Positions 41,948 to 57,727 of a stretch of DNA of 64,000 nucleotides are shown piece by piece. This DNA comes from the human T2T-CHM13v2.0 reference genome, Homo sapiens: assembly GCF_009914755.1 (NCBI RefSeq), contig NC_060933.1. The stretch is one strand, 5' to 3'. Made by a program: the position numbers and the translations under genes. Below the pieces are notes generated by a model that was not told the DNA's origin, ran no database searches, and saw only the letters and a list, made by a program, of their open reading frames with translations. Position 1 is the first letter of the stretch, and every line of letters starts with the position of its first letter.

Positions 41948-42466
41948 TTAATGTTTGATGTATTACACTGCTTTCTATTAAACAAAACTTTAAAAACTGA
42001 TTTTCTTGTGTATCTAAATCTGGGTTATAAATTTGGTTAGCTTAACTCCCGTAACAAATATAGTGTTTATTTATAACTTGTATTTGGTTGATTCTTTTGG
42101 AAAACTTGGAATACAATAACATTTAGACAAAATATTTATAAATACAATGATTACAAAATATGTTAACCTTATATCACATCCAGTTAAAAACGTGCTGATA
42201 ATATGGATTTAATTTCTTAGTCAAGTCACAAGGGCTGGGTGGTCTCTCATCTCGATGGCTCCCGGTGAGCCCTGGAACATGGCGGTGTGGTCCAAGGCGA
42301 TTTAAACCTGTGCCGCAGATTATTCAGCTGAGTCCTTTTTGCAATAGAGATTTAAGACCCTCTTTCATTTAAATTTAAATTTTTGAAACTTAGTGTCAAA
42401 TGCTAAAATATCATTGGAACATTACTTTAGATTAGAAAATATTTTATTAATAATTCAGACAGAGTG

Positions 42467-42802
42467 TGATATGGTTTGGCTGTGTCCCCCCCAAATCTCA
42501 TCTTGAATTGTAGTTCCCATAATCCCCACATGTTACCCAGTGGGAGGTAATTGAATCATGGGGGCGGTTAGCCCATGCTGCTATTCTCATGATAGTGAGG
42601 GAGTTCTCATGAGATCTGATGGTTTTATCCAGGACTTTTCCCCCTTTTGCTCAGCACCTCTCCTTGCTGCTGCCATGTGAAGAAGGATGTGTTTGCTTCC
42701 CGTTCCGCCATGATTGTAAGTTTCCTGAGGCCTCCCCGAACTATGAGTCAATTAAATCTCTTTCGTTTATAAATAGCCGAGCACTGTGAGAATGGACTAA
42801 TA
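42467..42802 (+). mobile_element. THE1C/D-like solo MaLR LTR
   Basis: TGATATGGTTTGGCTGTGTCCCC...GAGAATGGACTAATA. Confidence 0.88.
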
Positions 42803-42810
42803 AATACGAG

Positions 42811-43228
42811 TGTCTTAATCCATTTTGCATTGTTATAAAGGAATATCTGAGGCTGGGTAATTTAATAAAATAAGACATTTATTTGACTCACGGTTCTTCA
42901 GGCTCTGCAAGAAGCATGGCACCAGCATCTGCTTCTGGTGAGGACCTCATGAAGTTTCTAACCATGGGGGGAGGCCAAGAGAGAGCAGGCATGTCACATG
43001 GCAAGGGAGGGAGCAAGAGAGAGGGGAGGAGTGCCATGCTCTTTTAGGCAGCCAGATCCCACAGGAACTAAGAGTGAGAATTCACTCAATCCTAACATAA
43101 TGACACCAAGCAACTCATGAGGGATCTGCCCCCCTGACCCAAACACCTCCAACTAGGCCCCACCTCCCACATTAGGGATGAAATTTCAACATGATATTTG
43201 GAGGGAACTAATATCCAAACTATGTCAT
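42811..43228 (-). mobile_element. MST-family solo MaLR LTR
   Basis: TGTCTTAATCCATTTTGCATTGTTATAAAGGAATATCTGAGGCTGGGTAATTT...ATCCAAACTATGTCA. Confidence 0.85.
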
Positions 43229-43244
43229 AGAGGTATGTGTGTAA

Positions 43245-43560
43245 CCTCATTCATTTATGCATTCATTCAACAAAATATGTAGTGAGCACCTGCTATGTGC
43301 CAGGCACTGTGCTAGGCTGTAGATATGACTCATAAATAAGATGAATATTGCCACAGTCCTTAGGAGCCTAGTGTAGTTGGGGAGTAAATAAGCAAACAGA
43401 TAATTTCTATACCTGGTAATTACTACCTTGATAGGGCAAAGAGGATTCTGTTTGTGCTGTAAAAGCACATGAAAAGTACAAAGTCAATCCTTGGGAGGTC
43501 ATGGAATCTTTCCTAGGAAATGATATATAAGGTGGATAAAAAGGTAACCAGATACAGATG
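43245..43560 (-). mobile_element. L2 3' fragment
   Basis: CATTCATTCAACAA...TGAGCACCTGCTATGTGCCAGGCACTGTGCTAGG. Confidence 0.75.
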
Positions 43561-43884
43561 AGAAGAGAAGGTGGGCCAGAAATTTTGAAATACTGAACCA
43601 ACTGGATGTCATTCACTGACATAGGGTAATAGTATAGATGACTGGATTGGAAAATGAAAAAGGAACTAAAAGTAATTAAATGAGCTGCAGACATGAAAAT
43701 GAACACTTGGGAAGTCCTGGCAGGAAGTCATCAATAAGACAACATAATGAAGTGGAAAGTGGTTGGGAGTAAGGCTGACTTGGATTCAAACCCTAGTTTC
43801 ACCACTTAATAGACGTGTTAAGTTGAACAAATCCTTTAACTTTTCAGAGCCTCAATTTTCCTCTTTGTAAAATACAGATAATAA

Positions 43885-44283
<399 letters not shown>

Positions 44284-45574
44284 TGAACACTCAAAAATGG
44301 GAGGTTTTGGTATTTCAGAAGAAAATCAGGTGTCGGGGAGTGTTAGTAGTAACCTTGAACTATATGCAAAGACTAAAGCTAGGAAGATAGGAAGAGTTTT
44401 ACAAGATCCTTTTGGCTATATAGTTAAAGTTATTAGCAGTTAGAGTTTCCCTTACAGTTGACAAGTGAACCATACAAGTGAATGACTTGTGGTTCCTCAG
44501 ATAAAAGCACGAGTCAGAGTTGTAATTTCTGTTTTGTGGACGTAATTGTTGACCAAGTGCACTGAAGGTAGGGATGGCCAGTAGCAAAATTATAAAGCAG
44601 GCCTGTTTGTCTTCAAACACTCCTGAGTAAACTTGTCATTTCCTTGTAAAAATGCAAAATAGACTACTGAGTAGAGGTGATCAATTACAGAAATGCACTT
44701 ACTTTGGCTTTCTTCTGAAACCTAATAAAATGACAGTAAAGGGATTATTTTTTTAAGGCAGAAACCCACAATGATGATGAAATTAGAAAGGAAGACAAGA
44801 ACAACAAGGTTGTGGAATTCAGAAGCCATATAGACAAGAGGTAACACACCTGAGAAAGATGATCCCTAAATTTGTCTTGGAGAAAACTCAGAAGTACCTG
44901 ACTACATCATAGACCTCCCAAACAGCTTCCAAATGTCAGATACCACTGAAAATGGGGATAAAGGTAGGGTCAAAAATAGGAGGATTGGGTTATAAGTCTG
45001 TATAAGAAGTTGTTAGATCCCTACATCCTCTCTTCAAACCTGTGTAGCCAGATAATGGTCCCTCTCCCAGCCTGGCAGAGGCTGGAAAAGGTAAATAGAG
45101 AAACTTACTTCCTGGAGAACATTTGGCACATTTGGGGATGGAGTTCAGTAATATAAATGAAGGGGTAGTGAAAATTTATGGGAACATTTATAAGCTAACA
45201 GAACCCCATGTCTTTTACCCCATTCTAATTCCAGACCACTAGAGATTAGAAAATTATTCTCTGGGGTATCTGACCACTTCCAGAGGAAAGACATAAAGAT
45301 GCTGATGTCGAGAATGACCCAACTAAATGGCCCAGCCAGATGACCCAGTTGAAGCTGGTGGACAAGAAGTTTCATTCATGGAATCAGAACTTCCAATAAG
45401 GTCTTTTAGTACCTCACTCCTAAATTTGAATAGACTACCAAAGATTATCAGACATCTAAGGGGAACTACCAGCATGAAAGGTAGAGACCAAAGCAAACAA
45501 ACAAACAAAGAAAATAATTTGGAACTAACCAAGACTATGCTGGGAGAAGAAAACTATTATTAATATCCACAGAG

Positions 45575-46625
<1,051 letters not shown>

Positions 46626-47099
46626 GTTTCAATTGATTCACAACTTTAAAAAATATCCACAGAGGTGTAAGAGGAGATATTGTATTGCACCCACGAACCA
46701 GTCTTATGCTATTTCAGAAAGGGACATTCAAGAAACAAAAAGGGAGCTCTGGGAAATTTGAACAATAAATAATAGTAGAATAAAAAATTCAGAGAAAGTT
46801 TGGATGATAAATTTGAGCCAATCTCCCAGTAAGCAAAGCAAAAATATAGAAAATGAGAGTTAGAAAAGAAAAAGAAAAAAATTAAAGGACTAAAATAAGA
46901 AGTCCAACATCTAAATAAGAGGAGATCCACAAAGAGCAACAGAGATAAGAGAAGAAAGGAAATAATCAATAAAATAATTCAAGAAAATCCAAGGACATGA
47001 GTTCTCGATTGTAAGAGACTACTTGAGTGAAAAAAAAAAAAAAAGAATGGAGTTAGACCCATCCCAAGGCACATTATTTGTGCGATTTTAAAATACCGA

Positions 47100-47503
47100 T
47101 ATATTAGTTTGCTAGAGCTGCAGTAACAAAACACCACAGACTGGGTGGCTTGAACAGCAGAAATTTGTTTTCTCATGGTTCTGGATGCTAGAAGTCTAAG
47201 ATCGAGGTGACAGCAGTTTCGTTTTTTCCTGATGCTTCTATCCTTAGCTCACAGATGGCTGCCTTCTAGTTGTGTCCTCATACTGTCTTCCCTTGGTCAG
47301 TGTTGTCTGTGTCCTCGTCTCCTCTTCTTAAAGGGACACCAGTCATATTAGGTTAAGAATTGCCCATTAGACCTCATTTTACCTTAATTACCTCTTTAAA
47401 GGCCCCACGTCTAAATACAGTCATATTCTAAACTACTGGGGGTTAGGGCTTCACTGAGTGAATTTTGGTGGAAAGTGGGGCAGGGGACACAATTCAGCCT
47501 ACA
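47100..47503 (-). mobile_element. MLT1-family LTR
   Basis: TATTAGTTTGCTAGAGCTGCAGTAACAAAACACCACAGACTGGGTGGCTT...GGGGACACAATTCAGCC. Confidence 0.8.
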
Positions 47504-47665
47504 AAAACTGGAAACAAAGTGAAAATCCTATGTGTTTCTGTGCTCAGAAGACAGGAAGTAGTCATACCCAAGAGTCAATAATTAAACTGGTTTCTCACCA
47601 GCAATTTGGGAGACTGGAAGTCGGAAGACACAGAGCAGTGCCTACCACATTCAAAAGAGAAAAGA

Positions 47666-48093
47666 GGCCGGGCATGGTGGCTCACGCCTGTAATCCCAGC
47701 ACTTTAGGAGGCGAGGAGGATGGATCACCAGGTCAGGTGTTCAAGACCAGCCTGACCAACATGGTGAAATGCTGTCTCTACTAAAAATACAAAAATTAGC
47801 TGGGCATAGTGGAACACGCCTGTAATCCCAGCACTTTGGGAGGCCACAGAGGGCAGATCACCAGGTCAGGAGTTTGAGACCAGCCTGACCAACAAGGTGA
47901 AACCCCATCTCTACTAAAAATACAAAAATTAGCCAGGCGTGGTGGCGCATGCCTGTAATCCCAGCTACTCAGAAGGCTGAGACAGAAGAATCACTTGAAC
48001 CCAGGAGGTGGAGGTTGCAGAGAGCCGAGATCATGCCACTGCACTCCATCCTGGGTGACAGAATGAGACTCCGTCTCAAAAAAAAAAAAAAAA
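47666..48093 (+). mobile_element. Trimeric Alu (left-left-right)
   Basis: Two left monomers, each with a TACTAAAAATACAAAAATTAGC linker, then one right arm and A tail. Confidence 0.9.
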
Positions 48094-49401
48094 GAGAGAG
48101 AGAAAAGAATTCCAACCCAGAATTCTCAACTTCACTGTGTCAGAACATATGAAGTAAACAAATATTCATCTCTACATTTGCCAGTCCCTGTGGACTTAGA
48201 CCAGATAGTATAAATAATAGTCACAAAAGGAGTATGAATGGGATAAGAAGCCACTTCTAGTCTGAGACAATTAAGAGTAGTAGTGCCTTCTCTGCACTCT
48301 CACCGCCTCATTCTGACAGCTGAAGTGAAGGACTCCCAACTTCTGGAACTGCCCAATGAAAGTAGCCTTGTGTGAGTGTTAGCTGGCCTGCTTTGGTCTG
48401 GGATGCAAGTAGAAATAAACTCCTCTCATATTAAGCCACTAAGACTTTAGGGATATGTTGCTGTAGCATAGCCTAATGTAGCCTGATTACTGAACGAGCC
48501 ACCCCATCAACTGAATCTATGTATATACTAAAAACATTTTAAGATACGCAAGGTCTCAAAGAGTTCACTCGATGCACACTTTTTCTCAGGAAGCTACTAG
48601 AGGATGTGCTCCACAAAAAATAAAGGTATAAATTGTGAAAGAGGAAAACATAGGATTTAGGAATCAAGGGAATTCAGCACAAGACAGAAGAAAAGGGAAT
48701 CTGCAGCAAGATCCCTGAGCTGTGCATGTAACATAAAGGGCAACAATTTCCAACACAGAGCAGATCACAAGACCCTAGGATAGATTTCTTGAAGAAAATG
48801 AAATTAAAAGAATACTGGATTCATCTGAACATACGAAAAGGAGATTTAAGCAACTTTTTAAGAGCTTGGGAATGAATTAATGATAAATATATGGTATTAT
48901 GCAACCAAAACTACAATAAAAACATTAAAAATTATAACTCATAAAATTATTAATTTCAGGGAAAATAAAAAGTTGAGTAGGAATGAAAAAAGAATCAGAG
49001 GATACTATAAAGCTCATCTGTGGATATTGTTTACATAGTCATGATAATGAAAAAGAAATAATCTAACCAAAATTAAACGTTGGAAGTGTGGGGAGATAGA
49101 AATGGTAGTGTATTCGCTATTTATGTGTTGGGGAGGATACCTGTAACTTTAACATTAGTGAGCTTTACTTTACTAAGGCTAAATAAACAAACTCAAGTGT
49201 CCAGAAAGGCTAGAGAAGGAGCTTACAAGAATGAAGCTATTGTGGTGTGATTCAATAGGGAATAGGTGGGGCCTTGGCAACATCAATTTGTAGTATCCCT
49301 GCCAATTGATACTACAACATCAATTTGTAGTATCCCTGCCAAAATTTAACTATGGAAAATAGTTAAATTTTAATATGCACACATCTGTGGTTGTGGTTAT
49401 A

Positions 49402-49438
<37 letters not shown>

Positions 49439-50269
49439 AAAATTTATATATAAATAAATACATAAACAAACTCAAGTGTCCAACAGGGCTAGATAAGGAG
49501 CTTACAAAAATGAAGCAGTTGTGATGTGATTCAATAGGGAATAGGTGGGGCCTTGGCAAACCAAAGAACATATTCTATCTAAAGTGGATGGCCACAACTT
49601 GCTCCAGCTGTGGAAACTTGGGCCATGTACTGCTAGATCTAAGGATTTTCTTTTGAGAGATGCTAGATATATACATTTTTTAAAAATAAAATTATCCTGA
49701 TTTTAACAACATTGCCTTATTATATAAAACATACCTTGGAGGGTGTGGGTAAGACACAATGTCCTTGAAATTATATTTCACTGGGTTAATAAAATTGGCT
49801 CCGGAAGAAAATAATTTTAAACAGCAAACCAAAAAGTGAAGGCCTTCAAAACTAACAAACCAAAGGAAAACAAAACAAAATGACAACAAGAAAAAAACAA
49901 AGAAACAAAACCCCTGGACCTTACCATTTTTCTAAGGCATGTTGACATGATAAAATCAAAATTGCTTTGTGCTTATAAGGATCAAAGGTTATGCTTTTGA
50001 CTTTATAAATTCAGAGAAAGAATTTAATTGGAATTATTTTTATGAATTAACTGAAGATCTAAGGCAACTGGATAATTTAGGTTCTGCTAGTATCTAGAAT
50101 ATTCAAAGTTTATGTTTAGTCTGACACTAAAGAATCCATTATTTCTCTTGACTTCCAGGCTGGTCAGTGTCTTTCCTGTGTCATATACCAAACAATGTGT
50201 TAGAAATTGTCTTCTCACTCATAAACTAATATTTGTTCAGAGTAAAAAGTCAAGCAAGTAAATAATGAG

Positions 50270-51160
50270 AAAAAATTCAGTGTATTGTATAAACAAAGAC
50301 AGAAGGCAGACCAATGGTTACCTGGGGCCTAAGCTAAAGAGATTAATTGTACACAGTCACAAAGGAATTTTTTGGGATGGTGAAAGTGTTCTAAAACTGG
50401 ATTGGGATGATTGTGGCACAACTGTATAAATGCTATTAAAACTCATTGAGTTGTACACTTAAATGAGTGGCTAAGTTGTGCCTTAATAAAGCTGTAATTT
50501 TGAAAAAGAATAATGGATGATCAACTGTGAGCTAGAGTATGATGAAAACACAAGACATTTACATAGCTTCAAAGTATCTCCCCATCAGGTACTTATTAAC
50601 TGCATCAGGGAAACAGTAATTTTATTGTGGCAGAACCCTGCTGACAAAGTTAACATTCTAGTAAAAGCACAGGTGGATGTCATGTGCCTCCTGAAGTGAT
50701 GCACAGAGAAGGATGCAACATCAACTTGTAGTATCCCTGCCAAAAATATATAACCTGAATTTAACCATGCTGAAACATAAGACAAATCCAAGTGAAGGAA
50801 CATTCTACAAAACAACTGACCAGTACTCCTCAAGAGTGTCAAGGTCCTGGAAGACAAAGACTGAGCAATGCTTCTGATTAAAGTAGACTGAGAGGTGACA
50901 ACTGAATGCAATGTGGGATTCTGGATTAGGTCTTGGCCCAGAAACAGGTCTTCGGTGGGACAACTGGCAAAATGTGAATAAGGTCTCTGGTTTTGTGAAT
51001 GGTAGCATATCGACGCTCATTACCTGCTTTTGATCATGGTAGTGATAGTAAGATATCAACATTCAGGAAAGTACAGTGAAGGGTATATGGGAATCTCTAC
51101 TATTTTTGTAACTTTTATAAGTTGAAATTGTTTCAAAATGAGTTAGAAAATTAAAAGGAA
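50270..51160 (+). mobile_element. Old L1ME/MC 3'UTR fragments
   Basis: GTGTTCTAAAACTGGATTG...GCACAACTGTATAAAT and GAACATTCTACAAAACAACTGACCAGTACTC. Confidence 0.7.
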
Positions 51161-52847
51161 GTTTTCTCTTTCAGCTGGGAAAACAGCAATGGATTAATAA
51201 CAAGAAATTAATGGTGAAGTGGTGACGAAAATTCTACATTGCTTAGAAAGCAAGTAAGAAAATCAGTGGTTGTAGAGAAGTTCTTACATGAAGTAATAAA
51301 AATAAAAATTGTTATGTTAAGCATTTTCTATTTTCTTTTCCTCCCCTCCAAATGAAACAGCATACTATTCTGCATGTTTTTCTACCTAACAATGTATCTT
51401 TTTAATGACTCTTGTATTTTAAACCTAAAATTTTGATTAAGCTTCACTTAATATTAAAAAAGATAGTATAGGTCACGATGTTATTTGATGCAAACGTTGG
51501 AAAGACAGAATCTTCTTGATCCAAGAGCTTTTAGAATTCAAAGTCTGATTCTGGTTATTACTCTGCTCATTTAAGATAGTGAAATGAACATTTACATTCT
51601 GGCAACCTCAGAAGTACAACGAACAAAGGACACCAGCCAGGTAGGGCAAAGGCCTGTGCACCCCCTTTTGCTGTTACATGTTTATCAGATGCGTGCTCTG
51701 TTTCTGTTATATTACATTACTTTTCTCTTCAATGTTTACTGAGGAAGAACAAGTAGCTCCTCAGGCAAATCAACTGTTAACTTTGCAGTTTTTATTTAAT
51801 CTCCCAGGAATGTAACCCTTAACTTTAAAGAATGTAGTGACCATAAAACTTATAAAGCATGTTTCTTAAGGAAATTGTACCTGTTTATTTAATCTATCAG
51901 ATATGAATGTTATAGAAAATTTAATTTGTCCACTTAAGCTGTAGATGAACTTTTCACCTTTCTGATCAGAAATTCACCATCTTATAGTATAGGTTCTGTT
52001 ATTAATCAGAATATTTCATTTAGACTCTTTCTATCCAACTTTTTCTTAGAGGCTATTCAAAATAAAGGTGCTTCTAACAGTTTCATATCGAAATACGATG
52101 CAAAGCCTTGCTCTTCCATGGTATCCTTTGAGTGAGCCAAACTTATTTAGCCATTCCCCTATAGTTAAATAGCTAGGATGTTTCCAACATCTCACCTTTA
52201 AAACAATAGTGCTATGAATGTCATAAATGTTTGTATATGTAAATATGTGGGATAAATCCCTATCAGTAGAATTTCAAAAGGTATACGCAATCAGTATTTT
52301 CATACATATTTAAAATTTTCCATCCATACAAAGGTTGCTAACATATTTATTTAAAATTTTAAAAATAATTTTATATGCCTCTTGTAACCAGTAATAGGAT
52401 GCAAAGTTTTTTTTTAAGGTAACATTGCTCCTCTTCCCCCATTTTCTCTGTCATCTATAGTACTCCCTGAGGTAGTTCATGTTATTGCAAGGGTGTGTAT
52501 CATCACAAACATATTGCTTCCACATACATATATCAGCATACATATATATATATATATGTATAGCATATATATATATGAGCACATATTAATATATGCCCAT
52601 GCACATACAAGCATGTTTTTGTTAATTTTTACTGAAATGGAATCATACTACATACTTATGAACAAATTGCTTCTTTCACCTTATATCACTTATAATTGTT
52701 ATTCTACAAATCAGTACATATAAAAAATACATATTTACATATGTAATACTCTATCTTTCTGTTATAATTTTCTGCATGCACATGTATGCATATACATATA
52801 TTCATAAACATAAAACTTAATCTAAACGGGATTTTTTTTTGGGGGGG

Positions 52848-55077
52848 TGATATGGTTTGGCTGTGTCCCCACCCAAATCTCATCTTGAATTCCCATGTGT
52901 TGTGGGGGGACCCGGTGGGAGGTAATTGAATTATGGGGGCAGGTCTTTCCTGTGCTGTTCTCGGGATAGTGAAAAAGTCTCACAAGATCTGATGGTTTTA
53001 AAAAGGTGAGTTTCCCTGCATAATCTCTCTTCTCCTGTCTGGTTCCATGTGAGATGTGCCTTTTGCCTTCCGCCATGATTGTGAGGCCTCCCCAGCCATG
53101 CGGAACCGTAAGTCCAATAAACCTCTTTCTTTTGCAAATTGCCCAGTCTCAGGTATGTCTTTATCAGCAGCATAAAAATGAAACAATACAGTAAATTGGT
53201 ACAAGTAGAGTGGGGCGCTGCTGAAAAGATACCTGAAAATGTGGAAGAAACTTTGGAACTGGGCAACAAGCAGAGGTTGGAACAGTTTTGAGGGCTCAGA
53301 AGACAGGAATATGTGGGAAAGTTTGGAGCTTCCTAGAGACCTGTTGAATGACTTTGCCCAAAATGCTGATAGTGATATGGACAATAAAGTCCAGGCTGAG
53401 GTGGTCTTAGATGGAAACAAGAAACTTGTTGGGAACTGGAGCAATGGTGACTCTTCTTATGTTTTAGTAAAGATACTAGGGGCATTTTGCCCCTGCCATA
53501 GATATATGTGAAACTTTTAACTTGAGAGAGATGATTTAGGGTACCTGGCAGAAGAAATTTCTAAGCAGCAAAGCATTCAAGAGGTGACTTGGCTGCTGTT
53601 AAAGGTATTCAGTTTTATAAGGGAAGCAGAGCACAAAAGTTTGGAAAATTTGCAGCTTGACAATGTGCTAGAAAAGAAAATCCCATTTTCTAAGGAGAAA
53701 TTCAAGCTGGCTGCAGAAATTTGCATAAGTAACAAGGAGCTGAATGTTAATCCCCAAGACAATGGGGAAAGTGTCTCCAGGGCATGTCAGAGTTCTTCAT
53801 GGCAACCCCTCCCATCACAGGCCCAGAGGTTTAGGAGGAAAAAGTGGTTTTGTGGGCTAGGCCCAGGGTCCCTCTGCTGTATGCAGTCTAGGGACTTCAT
53901 ACCCTGCATCCCAGCCATGAATGAAAGGAGCCAAAGTACAGCTCTGTCTGTTGCTTCAGAGGGTGCAAGCCCCAAGCCTTGGCAGCTTCCACATGGCTTT
54001 GAGCCTGCGGGTGCACAGAAGTCAAGAATTGAGGTTTGGGAAACTCTGCCTAGATATCAGAAGATGTAGAAGTTTGCTGTAGGGGTGGGTCCCTCATGGA
54101 GAACCTCTGCTAGGGCAGTGTGAAAGGGAAATGTGAGATTGGAGCCCCCAAACAGAGTCCCTACTGGGGCACCATCTAGTGGAGCAGTGAGAAGAGGGCC
54201 ACTGTTCTTTAGACCCTGGAATGGTAGATCCATGGACGGCTTGCACTGTGCACCTAGAAAAGCCACAGACACTCAATGCCAGCCTGTGAAAGCAACCTGG
54301 AGAGAGGCTGTACCCTGCAAAACCTCAGGGGCAGAGCTGCCCAAGACCATAGGAACCAACCCCTTGCATCAGCATGACCTGGATGTGAGACATGGAGGCA
54401 AAGGAGATCATTTTGGAGCTTTAAGATTTGACTGTCCCACTGGATTTCAGACTTTCATGGGGCCTGTATCCCCTTTGTTTTGGCCAATTTCTCCCATTTG
54501 GGATGGCTGTATTTACCAATGCTGTACCACCATTATATCTAGGAAGTAACTAACTCGCTTTTGATTTTACAGGCCCATAGGTGGAAGGGACTTGCCTTGT
54601 CTCGGATGAGACTTTGGACTTTGGACTGTGGACTTTTGAGTTAACACTGAAATGAATTAATGCTGAAATGAATTGAGACTTTGGGAGACGGTTGAGAAGC
54701 CATGACTCATTTTAAAATGTGAGAACATGAGATTTGGGAGGGGCTGGGGTGGAATGGTATGGTTTGGCTGTGTCCCCACCCAAATCTCATCTTGGATTCC
54801 CATGTATTGTGGGAGGGACCCGGTGGGAGGTAACTGAATCATGGGGGCAGGCCTTTCTCATGCTGTTTTTGTGATAGTGAACAAGTCTCATGAGATCTGA
54901 TGGTTTTGAAAAGGGGAGTTTCCCTGCACAAGCTCTCTTCTCTTGTCTGCTTCCAGGTGAGACATGCCTTTCACCTTCTGCCATGATTGTGAGGCCTCTC
55001 CAGCCATGTGGAACTGTAAGTCCAATAAACCTCTTTCTTTTGCAAATTGCCCAGCAATGTGAAAACAGACTAATACA
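52848..55077 (+). mobile_element. Full-length THE1A MaLR element (LTR 52848-53190, internal, LTR 54755-55077)
   Basis: Two matching LTRs. Internal region starts GTAAATTGGTAC. Probable 5-bp TSD GGGGG/GTGGG. Confidence 0.95.
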
Positions 55078-55367
55078 GTGGGAGATTACTTCTCCATACC
55101 CTCTTTGTCTGCCAACCATATCACCTCTGCTGTTTCCTCTCCCCAAAAGGTAACCCATGTTAACCTCTGATTATGATCAAATAATTATATGTATTTATTT
55201 ATATAAATACCATTTCTTTATATATTTTGAACATATTAATGCATACACAAGTGTGCTAAAATTTATATTTCTACTGCTGTCACCATCTGTAGCTTGTATG
55301 ATTTACAGAATTTCATGAACAAAAATACATGAAGTAAAAGGAACCATTATGATGTAAAAGCATATAG

Positions 55368-55730
<363 letters not shown>

Positions 55731-56201
55731 TAGCTAAGCTATACTTTAGGCACAAACCAGCACTATTATCAAGATGCAATATGTGAACTCATCTTTCTTC
55801 TAGCATCAGTTCAGAATTAATTTTAATCTGTGTATTGTATACTGCTGCCAAAAACTCATTAACCACAATTAAATTATGAAAGTACATGTGTAAATTTATG
55901 GATAGCAATACACAATCCAAAATATGAGTTTGCTATAAAAATAAAGCATATGGGTAGAATCATATTAATTATAAGTAACCAGAACTGTTAATAAGAAATT
56001 AATATTAAAATATATTGAATTTGATATTTCCATAACTGAAGTAAACTAATTTAATAAGCGAAGCTAACCAGTCTAAAATATCAAAGGAGAATAAGAATAA
56101 AGTTTATTATTAAACATACAAGCTAATCAACATACTTTCTTATATTTCTTGATAATATGTTGAATTTACTTTCGAGCATGTTTTGAAGAGGTAGTTAGTC
56201 A

Positions 56202-56588
<387 letters not shown>

Positions 56589-57124
56589 GATGAATGATGT
56601 ATTTCTAATTCTAGTGAGAAGGAAAGAGTATCAGTGCATATTGTCAAGTGAAGAAAGCAAGCTCCAGAACAAAGCCTATGTATGTTCCTATTTATTAAAA
56701 ACAAAAGCCACATATGTATACAAATGTACTCTATCTTTCTGTTATAATTTTATGAATGCACATGTATGCAAATACATATATTCATATACATAAGACTTAG
56801 TCTAAACAGGAATATTCTTTCAGGAGGGAATCTTGCTTCTCCTACAGAAAAATACCTAACATGGCAGGGGCAAAGGTAATATTGGACCAAAAAAATCTGG
56901 ACCTATGTCTATTAAATTGCTCACAGTGTTTATATAATATCGGTGAAGGGAAGTAAAATTGAGGTTAGTGAAAGATACTCCACGTTTTACCCTAATACTT
57001 TTCTACTGTTTGAATTTTTTATAGTTATAATACATTCAGGTATAATACATAATTTATATATAAATACTATATATATACACATACACACACATATATATAT
57101 ATGTGTGTGTATATATATTTTAAT

Positions 57125-57408
57125 AAGAAACAAGGTCTTTCTCTCTCACCCAGGCTGGAGTGCAGTGCAGTGATCATAGCTCACTGTAACCTCAAACTCC
57201 TAGGCTTGCGTGATCCTCCCACCTCAGCCTCCTGAGTAGCTGGGACTACTGGTGCATGCCACCATGCCCAGCTAAGTTTTAAAATTTTTGTAGAAACAGG
57301 GTCTTGCTATGTTGCCCAGGTTGACCTTGAACTCCTGGCCTCAAGAGATCCTTTCCCCTCAGCCTCCCAAAGTGCTTGTATTACAGGCATGAGCCACTGT
57401 GCACAGCC
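57125..57408 (-). mobile_element. AluJ
   Basis: Antisense Alu, preceded by a (TA)/(CA)/(TG) microsatellite. Confidence 0.88.
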
Positions 57409-57514
57409 TACTTATATTATTTAAAAAACAATTAATCAAATAAGTTGGTTAGGATTAGTTTCAGTGGCATAAACAGAAACTTAAACAATGTGAAAGCTTA
57501 TTTCTGTCTCCTTC

Positions 57515-57727
57515 TGCCAGGTGAACACACAGTGTTCATCCCCTCAGGAGGACACAGCTTTTGAGGTACCATCTTGGAAGCAGAGACCAGCCCTCACTAG
57601 ACACAAACTTCCTGGCACGTTGATTTTGGACTTCATAGCCTCTAGAACTGTGAGAAATAAATTTTTATTATTTATAAATTATCCTGTATTGGATATTTTG
57701 TTATAGCAGCACAAAAGGTCTAAGACA
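57515..57727 (+). mobile_element. MaLR LTR 3' fragment (MST/MLT1A-like)
   Basis: TTGGACTTCATAGCCTCTAGAACTGTGAGAAATAAA...CTAAGACA. Confidence 0.75.

Noticed and set aside
53239-54549. ORFs of 90-161 aa in THE1A
   Set aside because: Fragments of the decayed MaLR internal ORF, not a host gene.
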